The notes under the pieces are model-generated. The model was given only the letters and a program-made list of their open reading frames with translations, had not been told where the DNA came from and ran no database searches. The translations under genes and the position numbers were made by a program. This document shows positions 63,883-64,000 of a stretch of DNA of 64,000 bases, piece after piece. Numbering within the stretch: position 1 is the stretch's first letter; every line of letters starts with the position of its first letter. The stretch is taken from NCBI RefSeq assembly GCF_006345805.1, contig NC_042999.1, positions 166,036,001 through 166,100,000 of the forward strand. The letters are read 5' to 3'. The stretch comes from Octopus sinensis. Its lineage: Eukaryota.

Positions 63883-64000
63883 CGTCGATTTAATACAGAA
63901 AACACAATATTTTGCGGCGGCGGCGGCGGCGAAAGCAATGAGACAACCCCAGTGGTTTCCTGTTCTAAGAACGAATCTCACCGGTGACAATTCTCTTGAT
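63883..64000 (-). other. Probable non-coding first exon of the ZnF-UBP transcript (continues beyond the window)
   Basis: Consensus donor ACG|GTGAGT at 63883/63882, CpG-rich with a (GCC)5 tract. Spliced to 57021 it places an in-frame TGA upstream of ATG 57014, with no intervening ATG. Confidence 0.6.

Overview
Eukaryotic, AT-rich, repeat-dense genomic DNA, most likely from an octopod cephalopod (inferred from the tRNA-derived SINE families, RTE LINEs with (TGA)n tails and abundant TA/CA microsatellites). Two spliced protein-coding genes converge. (1) A + strand type II membrane protein of the DUF1647 (putative glycosyltransferase) family: CDS 23745-24215, 30664-30780, 35202-35738, about 374 aa, with a probable first exon at about 1850-1920 in a CpG-rich, possibly bidirectional promoter. 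(2) A - strand gene for a 135-aa protein that is essentially only an HDAC6-type ZnF-UBP (BUZ) ubiquitin-binding domain: CDS 57014-56940, 52745-52596, 51888-51757, 45064-45014, with a probable non-coding first exon ending at 63883. No deacetylase exons are visible in the window. The rest is mobile DNA: Gypsy, RTE, CR1/L2 and Penelope remnants, Tc1, mariner, pogo-like, piggyBac-type MITEs, a non-autonomous Helitron and many SINEs. The most unusual structure is at 10968-15818: a small LTR (TRIM-like) element whose 3' LTR holds two head-to-tail ORF1-only (CCHC gag-like, no RT) retroelements, each bounded by a CAGTCA-type hexamer and sharing a 3' stem-loop tail with a local SINE. An 81-bp-arm palindrome with hammerhead-ribozyme-like motifs lies at 58053-58220. 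All calls were made by eye without database searches; repeat boundaries are approximate unless a TSD or TIR is quoted.
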